From positions 660,001 through 692,000 of the forward strand of contig OW818675.1 in the NCBI GenBank assembly GCA_942493095.1: a stretch of DNA of 32,000 nt, read 5' to 3'. The notes under the pieces were generated by a model. The model was not told the origin of the DNA. It saw only the letters and a list, made by a program, of their open reading frames with translations, and ran no database searches. Position numbers and translations under genes: made by a program. Below, one piece after another: positions 1 through 12,279 of the stretch. Position 1 is the stretch's first letter. Each line of letters opens with the position of its first letter. The stretch comes from Candidatus Electronema halotolerans. Lineage in GTDB: Bacteria > Desulfobacterota > Desulfobulbia > Desulfobulbales > Desulfobulbaceae.

Positions 1-1229
<1,229 letters not shown>

Positions 1230-1258
1230 GATGTGGCGGAAAAGCTGATTCTTGGCAA

Positions 1259-3943
<2,685 letters not shown>

Positions 3944-3993
3944 CTATCACTGATGCCGGATAAAAGCAAACAGCACTGCCGAAAAAAGAGGTG

Positions 3994-4764
3994 TCAGGAT
4001 GAGGCTGGCGCGGTTCTGATTTCAAAAAGCGCAGGCCAGAACTTGCCGGTGACAAAAAGCCGTCCGCTCTCCTGATCAAACATGATGCCGTTGAGCACAT
4101 CCTCATGGCTGCCGCGCATCTGTTTGCAGATGTGGGAAAGATCAAGCCAGGCAGTGACTGAACCGTCTGCCGGGCTGATCAGGGCGATCCGGCATTCCTG
4201 CCAGACATTGGCGTAAATAAGGTTGTCAATATATTCCAGCTCGTTGAGCCGCCTGATTTGCCGCCCGCCGTCATGAACCGTGACCTGCCGGGTTGCGGCC
4301 AAGGTCTCTGGATTGAGGAAATAAAGGGTTGCGCTGCCGTCGCTGACAATCAGGCTGCTGCCGTCATGGGTGATGCCCCAGCCTTGATGCGGCCACGAAA
4401 AAATGCGACGCAGGGCAAAGCTCTGCTTGTCATATTGGAAGATGATGCCGCTGGTCCAAGTTAGCTGGTAGAGGCGGTCCTGAAAGACGGTGATGCCCTC
4501 GGCAAAGAATCGGCTGTCCAAGCTGACCTGCTGCTCGACTCTGCCGCTGGCCAGATCAACCCGGCGCAGCGAGGAGCGGCCCCGCAGGCCGGTGCTTTCA
4601 TAGACCGCGCCTTTGTCCCAGACTAAACCTTGGGTGAAGGCTTCCGGGTCATGCGGGTATTTGTTGATGATGACCGCGTTGAGCTGCTGCGCAGCTCCTT
4701 GGCCGCATCCAACAGGAATGAAAAGAAAAAAAACAAAGAGAAGAAGCGCAGCAGGTGTCTTCAT
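3994..4764 (-). CDS. Glutaminyl-peptide cyclotransferase (glutamine cyclotransferase) family protein, secreted/lipoprotein-like
   Basis: MKTPAALLLFVFFLFIPVGCGQ signal, then YPHDPEAFTQGLVWDKGAVYESTGLRGRSSLRRVDLASG...RLNELEYIDNLIYANVWQ...VLNGIMFDQESGRLFVTGKFWPALFEI. The track ORF (to 4851) has an upstream in-frame Met overlapping non-signal sequence; the start at 4764 is preferred. Confidence 0.9.
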   Translation of the reverse strand: MKTPAALLLFVFFLFIPVGCGQGAAQQLNAVIINKYPHDPEAFTQGLVWDKGAVYESTGLRGRSSLRRVDLASGRVEQQVSLDSRFFAEGITVFQDRLYQLTWTSGIIFQYDKQSFALRRIFSWPHQGWGITHDGSSLIVSDGSATLYFLNPETLAATRQVTVHDGGRQIRRLNELEYIDNLIYANVWQECRIALISPADGSVTAWLDLSHICKQMRGSHEDVLNGIMFDQESGRLFVTGKFWPALFEIRTAPASS

Positions 4765-4897
4765 GGTGAAAAACCGAAGTATTGCGCTGAAAAAATAACA
4801 AAAAAATCTGCGGCGGACGCAGACGCAATAACCAGCGGAACTGATGAGCAACTGTTGTGGAAAAAACTGCGGATAGAACAGGCGGGTAGAGTGAATT

Positions 4898-4973
<76 letters not shown>

Positions 4974-5149
4974 TCCAACGGAGGCTATATTAGCTGCAAT
5001 CCGCTGCCCTGTCAAGCGGGAATTGCGTCCGGCAGAAGAAAAAAAGACTGTTCCGCCGCGCTGAAGGGAAAAGGGCTTGCATTTTTTCCTGCGGGAAGGT
5101 ATGAATAGTCCGACCTGTATGAACAGAATTCCTTCAAGGAGAATATATC

Positions 5150-5344
5150 ATGTCGTATAAATGTGAAATTTGTGGAAAAGGCCCGGTGACGGGCAATATT
5201 GTCAGCCATGCTCATAATAAAAGCCGCCGCCGCTGGCTGCCCAATCTTCAGAATGTCCGGGCAGTCAGCAGCAGCGGACGCACTGTCCGCATGAGGGTCT
5301 GCACCCGCTGCATCCGTTCCGGGGCAGTTGTCAAACCAGCTTGA
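5150..5344 (+). CDS. rpmB: 50S ribosomal protein L28
   Basis: MSYKCEICGKGPVTGNIVSHAHNKSRRRWLPNLQNVRA...RMRVCTRCIRSG, with two CxxC pairs; GGAG upstream. Confidence 0.95.
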   Translation: MSYKCEICGKGPVTGNIVSHAHNKSRRRWLPNLQNVRAVSSSGRTVRMRVCTRCIRSGAVVKPA

Positions 5345-5366
5345 TTTCGCTTGAAAAGGCACAGGC

Positions 5367-5404
5367 AAGGGACGCGGAGACCAGCTCCGCCGTCCCTTTT
5401 TTAT
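5367..5404 (+). terminator. Rho-independent terminator downstream of rpmB
   Basis: AAGGGACGCGGAG-ACCAG-CTCCGCCGTCCCTT stem-loop (one bulge) followed by a T tract. Confidence 0.85.
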
Positions 5405-5405
5405 T

Positions 5406-5690
5406 GTGAGCAGGCCAAAGGTGAGGAAAGCAGCCGTGGATCGTGAGGAAATACGTTTTCTGCCATTTGAGGAAGCAACCAAGTTGGTTGGAGCCATTCA
5501 GGAAGAAGAGGATATCGAAGATCCTGATCACCGCATTTTCATGGTCTATTCCAAGGATGACCGGGAACTGTGCTGGTTTGACTTCGACGAGGTGGTCAGG
5601 GAGGTGCAGCCGCTGCCGGGCGACCAGGGCCGTGAACAGGTGACAGAGTATATTCTTCGCCGCATACCGGACTGGGTGCTTGAGTCATAA
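5406..5690 (+). CDS. Small acidic hypothetical protein (true start may be GTG at 5436)
   Basis: ORF ...REEIRFLPFEEATKLVGAIQEEEDIEDPDHRIFMVYSKDDRELCWFDFDEVVREVQPLPGDQGREQVTEYILRRIPDWVLES. Coherent composition, no family recognised. Confidence 0.55.
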   Translation: MSRPKVRKAAVDREEIRFLPFEEATKLVGAIQEEEDIEDPDHRIFMVYSKDDRELCWFDFDEVVREVQPLPGDQGREQVTEYILRRIPDWVLES

Positions 5691-5996
5691 GCAATTCACA
5701 TCTGGCACCTGTTCTTATCATCCACATTGTGATATACTTAAATTGTGAGCAGAAGGCATGGCTGAAGCAAGCGCAGCCAGAACAGCCATGCTGGTAGTTA
5801 AAGGGCATCCTCTGTCTTCTTCACAGGGACCGAGCCACCTTCTTCATCAGCGGCGCAGCTTTTCTCCTCCTTATGCTGTTTGCCGCTGACAGGTGGCTCG
5901 GTTTTAATTTGAACCGATGCCCCCATTTTCCTTCCTTAAATTCTTGTTCCTGTTGCCCCTGTTCCCCTCGACGGAAAGTTATTCTGACCTGATCCG

Positions 5997-8900
5997 ATGC
6001 TGCTCCGTTTTTTTTTTGCCCTGCTTTGTTTGCTTGTGCCCATTTCTGTATTCGCCGCACTTCCCGCACAGGTGCCAAGACAGCTTGTCAGGCAGGAGAT
6101 CAGCATACGTTTTTATCTTGCCCAAGGACTGCTGCACGGCCAAGCTGTCATCACGATGCCGCCGGACACCACGCTGCGCCTTTCCTGCGCCGGACTGGAG
6201 CAGGTCAGCGCAGTGATTGACGGCAGGCGCACAGCCCTGCCTGCGGATAAAACGTTATCTCTGTCACCAGTTCATCAGGGACGAAAAATCACGCTATCTT
6301 GGCAGGTTGCCTCCAATCCGGCAGCAGGCATTCTGATCAGCAAGGAGGGCATCAGCCTTACCGGCGCATGGCATCCGATTGCGGACAAGGACATGTTCTT
6401 CAGTCTCAGCGCAACCTTGCCCGACGAATTCACCGCCATCAGCGAAGGGCGTGAGATCGAATCCGGCCTAGGCGAATATGCTGCCCGCTGCGAGCAGCCG
6501 CTGCCGGGTCTCAATTTTGCTGCCGGGCCGTACAGCGTGATCACGCAGCAGGTCGGCAAAATCGCATTATCTGCCCTGTTTTTCCCGGAAGACGCGGAGC
6601 TGGCGGCTGACTATCTCGCCAAGGCAGCCCAATATCTGCGCCGCTACGAAAAGCTGCTCGGCCCTTTCCCCTATCCGCACTATGCCATTGTTGAAAACCG
6701 TCTGCCCACCGGCTACGGAATGCCCGGTTTCACCCTGCTGGGTCAGACGGTGGTTAGATTGCCTTTTATCAAGGACACTTCGCTTGGTCATGAGCTGCTC
6801 CATTCGTGGTTCGGCAATGCGGTGCGAGACGACGGACAAGGCACGTGGAGCGAGGGCCTGACCACCTATTTGGCTGATCAGAGTTTTGCCGCTGACAAGG
6901 GCCAAGGGCCGCAGCACCGCAAGCAGCAGCTTCTCCGCCATCAGGCCTGGGTTGATGCCAAGAACATCACCGCAGTGATTGACTTCCGGCATGGCGACAA
7001 GGACCAGCCAAATTCGGAGAAAATGCGGGCCATTGGCTATGACAAGACCAGCATGATTTTTCATGCCCTGCGCGGTGAGATCGGCGATCAGGCGTTCTTT
7101 GCCGGACTGCGGCGGCTCTGTGCGGAGAAGAAATTTCAGCAGGTCGGCTGGCCGGATTTGGTCACGCTCTTCTCGGAAAGCGCGGGCCGTGATTTGTCCC
7201 AGTTTTTTGGCCAATGGCTGCTGCGCAATGACCTGCCCTTGCTCAAGGTTGAAGAGGCGCAGGTCAGCCAGAAAGACGGCCAGAGCCTGATTTCCTTCCG
7301 TCTGCTTCAGGACGGCAAAGACCCGTACCAGCTGCGGGTGCCGGTCAGCATCACAACGCTGTACGGCGAGGTCAGGAAAATTCTCCGCACTGAATCGCTG
7401 GATCAGCGTTTCACTCTCAGCGTGGATGGCCTGCCCTCAGAGCTGGCGCTTGATCCTGAGTACGATGTGCCGCGCCGCCTGAGTGAAGCGGAACGTCCGC
7501 CGCTCTGGATGCAGCTCCTCGGCGCGGAAAAAAAGACCGTGGTTTTGCCGGACGGCAAGGACTTGGAAAAATATCTGCCGCTGCTGGCCGTGCTGGAACG
7601 GCGCGGCTGCCGGGTGGTCAAGGCGGATGCGCTGCAAAACAGCGAGCTGGCCAAGGGCAGTTTTGTCTTCTTTGGCAGCTCGGCGCAGACCAGAAGTCTG
7701 TTCGGGGCGGTCGAACATCCGGCGGCAGGCTTCACCCTTGATGTCCGGCCCAGTCCGCTTAATCTGGCCCAGGTCATGGCCTTGGTTTCGTCCAGCTCAA
7801 CAGAGGAAACAGCGCAGGCGGTGTGCAAGCTGGAGCATTACGGCGGCGTTTCCTATCTGCATTTCTTGGGCGGCAAATTGGAGGAGAAACGCCTTGCTGA
7901 GGCAGAAAACGGCATCCGCATTCCTCTGCGTCCATTGCCGGTCGGCATTCCGGCCCAGCCTCGCCATTTTGCCGCAGTCATTGAGGATATATCCCAAAGC
8001 CGGGTTGTTTATGCAGGTGAAATTCACACTGACTACGGCGCGCATCTGCTTCAGCTCCAGCTCATCCAAGCCCTGTATGAGCGGCAGGTTCAGGCGGGCT
8101 GGAAAAATGGCTTGGCCATTGGGCTGGAAATGTTCCCGCATTCCTCGCAAGCTGCTTTGGATGACTGGATCAGCGGCAAAATTGCCTCGGAACGCGAGTT
8201 CATCCAGCGTTCCGGGTATTTCGAGTCTTGGGGCTTTGATTACCGCTTCTATCGCGACATCATCAATTATGCCAAGGCCAAGGGCATTCCGTTGATCGCT
8301 CTCAATCTCGACAAAAATATTGTCAGCAGCGTTTTTCGCAGCGGCTCCACCGACAGCCTGAGTCCTGCCCAGCAGATGGAGCTGGCCAAGGAACGCGACC
8401 TGACTCTGCCTGGCTACCGGCAGCGGCTGGAGGAAATTCATGCTTTGCATAAAGATGCGCCTCAAGGCTCGAACTTCAGCGGCTTTCTTCAGGCGCAGGC
8501 GATCTGGGATGAAACAATGGCGGAAAATGCTGTGGCCTATTTGCGCAAGGAGCCGCACCGCCAGCTTGTGGTGCTGGCCGGGGTCGGTCATGTCAGCAAG
8601 GAGAACGGCATTCCGCCCCGACTAAAGCGACGGCTGGCCTGCCGTCAGTCTGTGGTCGTGCCCATCAGCGCGGTCAGCGAGGATGTGCAAGCGGACTGGC
8701 TGCTGCTGGCCGAGGATGCGGAGCTGCCGCCTGCTGGCAAACTTGGGGTTTTGCTGGAGGAATCAGCCAAGACTGAGGAGCGGCCTGCGCAGGTCTCGGT
8801 CAGCAAAATCAGCCCGGAAAGCAAGGCCGATGAGGCGGGCTTGCAGGAAAAAGATCTGATTCTGGCAATGGACGGCCAGCCAGTTGCCTCAATTGCTGCG

Positions 8901-9005
8901 CTCAAGGCTGGATTGCTCGACAAAAAGCCAGACGAGACCGTGCTGCTCAAGATCAGCAGGAACGGAAAGGAACTGGAGATGAAAGTTGAATTGATGAATG
9001 AATAA
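5997..9005 (+). CDS. Large multidomain protein: M1-peptidase-like N-terminus, ChaN-like (haem-binding uptake/TIKI-type) domain, C-terminal PDZ domain
   Basis: Signal peptide; LGHELLHSWFGN...WSEGLTTYLADQ (HExxH-E pattern); VVYAGEIHTDYGAHLLQLQLIQAL...LAIGLEMFPHSSQAALDDWISG...ESWGFDYRFYRDIINYAKAKGIPLIALNLDK (ChaN signature); C-terminal VSKISPESKADEAGLQEKDLILAMDGQPVASIAALKAGL (PDZ). Confidence 0.85.
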   Translation: MLLRFFFALLCLLVPISVFAALPAQVPRQLVRQEISIRFYLAQGLLHGQAVITMPPDTTLRLSCAGLEQVSAVIDGRRTALPADKTLSLSPVHQGRKITLSWQVASNPAAGILISKEGISLTGAWHPIADKDMFFSLSATLPDEFTAISEGREIESGLGEYAARCEQPLPGLNFAAGPYSVITQQVGKIALSALFFPEDAELAADYLAKAAQYLRRYEKLLGPFPYPHYAIVENRLPTGYGMPGFTLLGQTVVRLPFIKDTSLGHELLHSWFGNAVRDDGQGTWSEGLTTYLADQSFAADKGQGPQHRKQQLLRHQAWVDAKNITAVIDFRHGDKDQPNSEKMRAIGYDKTSMIFHALRGEIGDQAFFAGLRRLCAEKKFQQVGWPDLVTLFSESAGRDLSQFFGQWLLRNDLPLLKVEEAQVSQKDGQSLISFRLLQDGKDPYQLRVPVSITTLYGEVRKILRTESLDQRFTLSVDGLPSELALDPEYDVPRRLSEAERPPLWMQLLGAEKKTVVLPDGKDLEKYLPLLAVLERRGCRVVKADALQNSELAKGSFVFFGSSAQTRSLFGAVEHPAAGFTLDVRPSPLNLAQVMALVSSSSTEETAQAVCKLEHYGGVSYLHFLGGKLEEKRLAEAENGIRIPLRPLPVGIPAQPRHFAAVIEDISQSRVVYAGEIHTDYGAHLLQLQLIQALYERQVQAGWKNGLAIGLEMFPHSSQAALDDWISGKIASEREFIQRSGYFESWGFDYRFYRDIINYAKAKGIPLIALNLDKNIVSSVFRSGSTDSLSPAQQMELAKERDLTLPGYRQRLEEIHALHKDAPQGSNFSGFLQAQAIWDETMAENAVAYLRKEPHRQLVVLAGVGHVSKENGIPPRLKRRLACRQSVVVPISAVSEDVQADWLLLAEDAELPPAGKLGVLLEESAKTEERPAQVSVSKISPESKADEAGLQEKDLILAMDGQPVASIAALKAGLLDKKPDETVLLKISRNGKELEMKVELMNE

Positions 9006-9174
9006 TAGAAAGAAGCAGGCTCAGATTGGCGGAATTACGATATAACCTCCTGTTTTCATTGAAGCAGAGCATCTTCTCAGTCGCCGTTCTCTATCGTGTT
9101 GAAAAGACAGCGACAGCCCGTTATAATCTATCAGAGGAATGGATTGGCTTAATTTATTTGAGGAGAAGCGAAAA

Positions 9175-9600
9175 ATGAAAGTTGAAAACATCTTCCGTGC
9201 CGCTGTTGTGATTCACTGTGTCCTGTTGTTACTTTTACCTTCTCTGGCTGCAGGCGGCCAGATGCAGGCCGGAAGCAGGGAGCAGTTTTCAGCGCGGGAA
9301 CGAGAGTGGTTTGAGACCTTTCAGAAAGGCACCTTCTATGCGCGTGGCTGGAAGGACATTACTGCGGAACTGCTTGCCAAGGCTCCTGCTGCAGCAAAAG
9401 ATGACTTGAGAAAGCGGCTGGAGGATCTGGGCTTCAAGATAGGCCGCGAATGGAGTAAAAACAATGACATCCGCAAGATTGACAATGAGATGCTCAAGCA
9501 GTGGGGGAGCCAGCTCCAGCAGACGGCAGACCGGGAGCCTGCCCGCATCGTCCAAGTGGTGGCGAGCCTGAACCGGAAAGTAACCACCCTGCTTGATTGA
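9175..9600 (+). CDS. Hypothetical secreted protein (141 aa)
   Basis: ORF from ATG at 9175 (track start 9139): MKVENIFRAAVVIHCVLLLLLPSLAAGG signal-like N-terminus, helical remainder. Confidence 0.5.
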   Translation: MKVENIFRAAVVIHCVLLLLLPSLAAGGQMQAGSREQFSAREREWFETFQKGTFYARGWKDITAELLAKAPAAAKDDLRKRLEDLGFKIGREWSKNNDIRKIDNEMLKQWGSQLQQTADREPARIVQVVASLNRKVTTLLD

Positions 9601-10046
9601 ATCCTTTGACTGATGACAGGCTTCACTGGCTTTGCGCCGATCTTCTTGCCGGTCTGCCGCATGGCATGTTCTGCCGTCACGGCGGGGTCAGCCAGCCGCC
9701 CTTTGCCAGCCTGAATCTCAGTTTCCATGTCGGCGACAATCCGGCTCATGTCACCGCCAACCGGCAGGCGGTCAAACAGCACTTGGGCCTTGAACATCTC
9801 GCATCTGCCGTGCAGGTGCATGGCGACCGTGTTGTGCTGGCCGAACATGTCAAAAAGGACAGGGAATATGCCGCTGCTGATGCGCTGATCACCCGGCTGC
9901 TGGGCCAGGTCAAAGCGAAAGAGGTGACGTTTCAGATCATGGTTTTACAGAACGATCAGACTGAGATCGTGACATACAAGCGTGGCGAGCCAGTGAAACG
10001 AACTGTGGCCGACTTGGCGACAGAGGCTGTTAAGGATATACAATAA
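9597..10046 (+). pseudogene. Truncated/chimeric laccase-domain (YfiH/PgeF-like, purine nucleoside phosphorylase family) gene
   Basis: First about 103 codons GLPHGMFCRHGGVSQPPFASLNLSFHVGDNPAHVTANRQAV...LASAVQVHGDRV...AAADALIT match the N-terminal third of the family. Sequence after about 9906 (KEVTFQIMVLQNDQTEIVTYKRG...) does not, and the conserved C-terminal two thirds is missing. Confidence 0.7.
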
Positions 10047-10059
10047 TTAAATTATACCA

Positions 10060-10371
10060 ATGCGATGGCAATGTGGCAGAAGACTGTACGAACACACGAT
10101 TGACCGACTCTCTGCCCGCTGGAATCGCTTTTCGTGGTTTGGCCTGCTGCCAATTTCTGATGACGGACAGATTGGTGTGCTGCCGGACAATTACAACGCC
10201 ATCAACCTGATTCCAGCTTTGGAAGCGATTTTGATTGAAGCTTTGGAGCCACGCCAAAACAGAAAACGCGGCGATGATTTGGCAGCAGTGGAATATCTCC
10301 AGAAAGTTGATCCTGAGATCAAAAAGAAAAGGATGACAGAAGACTTTATTGCAGCCTTAAATAAGATGTGA
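10060..10371 (+). pseudogene. C-terminal fragment resembling a GIY-YIG-like nuclease/hypothetical protein
   Basis: RRLYEHTIDRLSARWNRFSWFGLLPISDDG...INLIPALEAILIEALEPRQNRKRGDDLAAVEYLQKVDPEI; looks like a C-terminal part without a recognisable N-terminal catalytic motif. Confidence 0.4.
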
Positions 10372-10405
10372 AATCTCTGCATTCTTCTATCAACGCCGCC
10401 TAAGA

Positions 10406-10648
10406 ATGGAGAAGTATAACTTCACAGATTATTTTGAAAATCAATTATTGCTGAAGCGTCCGTATCTGAAAAAGGAATGGTGCATTTATGTGTTGAATTA
10501 TCCTGTGAGGGTTGAAAAGCAGGAAGGGAATCGGTATCGCTTTTGGGCGCAGATAGCAGCGCTGGAAGGAAAATTTTTAAGAGTGGTCACGCTGGAAGAC
10601 AAAGTGACAATTCACAACGCATTTCCTGACAGGAGATTCAAACCATGA
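10406..10648 (+). CDS. Small conserved-looking protein, upstream partner of DUF2283 protein (possible toxin-antitoxin-like pair)
   Basis: MEKYNFTDYFENQLLLKRPYLKKEWCIYVLNYPVRVEKQEGNRYRFWAQIAALEGKFLRVVTLEDKVTIHNAFPDRRFKP; overlaps next ORF by ATGA. Confidence 0.7.
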   Translation: MEKYNFTDYFENQLLLKRPYLKKEWCIYVLNYPVRVEKQEGNRYRFWAQIAALEGKFLRVVTLEDKVTIHNAFPDRRFKP

Positions 10649-10863
10649 AAATCGCATACTATCCTGATACTGATTCAATGTATATAGAGCTTTCAGAAAA
10701 TGCGAGCATTGAAAGCGAAGAAGTTTCTCCGGGTGTTGTGCTTGATTATGACGAAGAAGGGCATCTTGTGGGGATTGACATTGACAATGCAAAAAACAAA
10801 ATTGCTCTTACAGAATTGATCCTGAGCAAAATTCCTATTCAGCGGCAAATCATTTCTGCTTGA
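10645..10863 (+). CDS. DUF2283 domain protein
   Basis: MKIAYYPDTDSMYIELSENASIESEEVSPGVVLDYDEEGHLVGIDIDNA is the typical DUF2283 pattern. Confidence 0.85.
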   Translation: MKIAYYPDTDSMYIELSENASIESEEVSPGVVLDYDEEGHLVGIDIDNAKNKIALTELILSKIPIQRQIISA

Positions 10864-10978
10864 AATGTTATGGTAATGGCTTGCCAAAACTTGTCCTTGG
10901 TCATTTGAGCAGGCCATTGATGATGAATTCTGGCCAATTTGAACGTGCATTATTTCAGCATCACGGAGAAAAAAATAT

Positions 10979-11578
10979 ATGTCATCCACATTCACCCAGC
11001 CCCTTGAGTCCCTTGGCCCGGCTGATCCAGAAAAAGCGGCAGCAGCAAACAATCCGGCCAAGCAGGATTACCTTGAAGGCCGTGAGCAGCTCAAAAAAGG
11101 CGAGCATGCCTTGGCTGCCGCTGCTTTTCACAATGCCCTGAAAGGCTTTGAAGAGCAGGGCGACGAGGCGGGCATTGCCAATGCCTCAGACCGGCTTGGC
11201 GATGTCTGTTTGGAGCGGCAGGAATACGCCGCCGCCTTGGCGCATTACCGTCGGGCTTATGCTGTCTGCGAGAAAGAGGGGGATTCCTTCTCCATCCTCG
11301 CCTTGAACAAAAAGATGGCGGCAGCGCACCGCAAGCTGGGCGAATTTGACAAAGCCTTGGAATATGCCTTTGACATGGTTGCGCATTATCAGCTCACCAA
11401 AGACCCCAGAGGCATGGTTGAAACCTTGGCCGCCATTGCCGAGCTGTACCGGGAACAAGGCGAAAATTTCAAGGCGGCGGACACCTACCGGACTGTGGCT
11501 TCCATTCACAAGAATTTCAAGCATCAGCGCAAGTCTGAAGAGTTCATCGCCCTTGCGGATGAGCTGGAGCGGGCGTAG
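10979..11578 (+). CDS. Tetratricopeptide-repeat protein
   Basis: Repeating helical units: ALAAAAFHNALKGFEEQGDEAGIANASDRLGDVCLERQEYAAALAHYRRAYAVCEKEGDSFSILALNKKMAAAHRKLGEFDKALEYAFD. Confidence 0.8.
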   Translation: MSSTFTQPLESLGPADPEKAAAANNPAKQDYLEGREQLKKGEHALAAAAFHNALKGFEEQGDEAGIANASDRLGDVCLERQEYAAALAHYRRAYAVCEKEGDSFSILALNKKMAAAHRKLGEFDKALEYAFDMVAHYQLTKDPRGMVETLAAIAELYREQGENFKAADTYRTVASIHKNFKHQRKSEEFIALADELERA

Positions 11579-11579
11579 C

Positions 11580-12236
11580 ATGTTCACCGGCATTATCCAA
11601 GGCTTGGGCGAAGTGCTGGAAAAGCGGCCTGCTGGCGGCGGCATGATTTTCTGCTTGGAGGCTGATTTTGACCTGACCGAGCCGCAGGAAGGAGAATCCA
11701 TCGCGGTCAACGGCACCTGCCTGACTGCCCGCAACATCCAAGGCCGCCGTTTTTTGGCCGATGTCTCGCCGGAAAGCCTGTCCCGCACCAATTTAGGCGG
11801 GCTGACGGTCGGCAGCAAGGTCAATCTGGAGCGCGCCCTGCGTCTTGCCGACCGCTTGGGCGGGCATATCGTCAGCGGTCATGTTGATGCGCTGGCCCGG
11901 GTCGAGGAACGCAAGGCGGCTGGTGATTTCACCCTGTTCACCTTTGCGCTGGAACCGGAGCTGGCTAAGTATGTGATTGAAAAAGGCTCGATCACCATTG
12001 ACGGCGTGAGTTTGACGGTCAACGCCTGCACAGGCAGCCGCTTTTCAGTTTCGATCATTCCCCACACCTTGGCCGTCACCACCTTGGGCGGCCTTAAACC
12101 GGGCGGCAAGGTCAATATTGAAGTTGATATTATTGGAAAATATGTGGAAAAGCTGCTTGCAGCCAAAGCCCCGGAAGCAGGCATGGCCAGCAGGATCAAT
12201 CCGGCTTTTCTGGCAGAACACGGCTTTCTGAAATGA
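11580..12236 (+). CDS. ribE: Riboflavin synthase (alpha chain)
   Basis: MFTGIIQGLGEV...ESIAVNGTCLTA...SPESLSRTNLGGLTVGSKVNLERALRLADRLGGHIVSGHVD...GSITIDGVSLTVNA...IPHTLAVTTLG; duplicated lumazine-binding halves. Start ATG at 11580 rather than the track start. Confidence 0.96.
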   Translation: MFTGIIQGLGEVLEKRPAGGGMIFCLEADFDLTEPQEGESIAVNGTCLTARNIQGRRFLADVSPESLSRTNLGGLTVGSKVNLERALRLADRLGGHIVSGHVDALARVEERKAAGDFTLFTFALEPELAKYVIEKGSITIDGVSLTVNACTGSRFSVSIIPHTLAVTTLGGLKPGGKVNIEVDIIGKYVEKLLAAKAPEAGMASRINPAFLAEHGFLK

Positions 12237-12279
12237 CAAGATTGTAAAAAATAATAATGAGTTACAACAGGAGTGCATC

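Noticed and set aside
7483-8295. 270-aa plus-strand ORF in another frame of the 5997-9005 gene
   Set aside because: Alternate-frame artefact; the 1002-aa frame carries recognisable domains across this range.
11346-11579. N-terminal 78 codons of the track ORF ending in ribE
   Set aside because: Out-of-frame reading of the TPR gene; riboflavin synthase begins at MFTGIIQ (11580).
12237-12279. FMN riboswitch upstream of ribBA/ribE
   Set aside because: The gap between ribE and ribBA is only 43 nt and no RFN-like conserved stems were seen upstream of ribE, which abuts the TPR gene.
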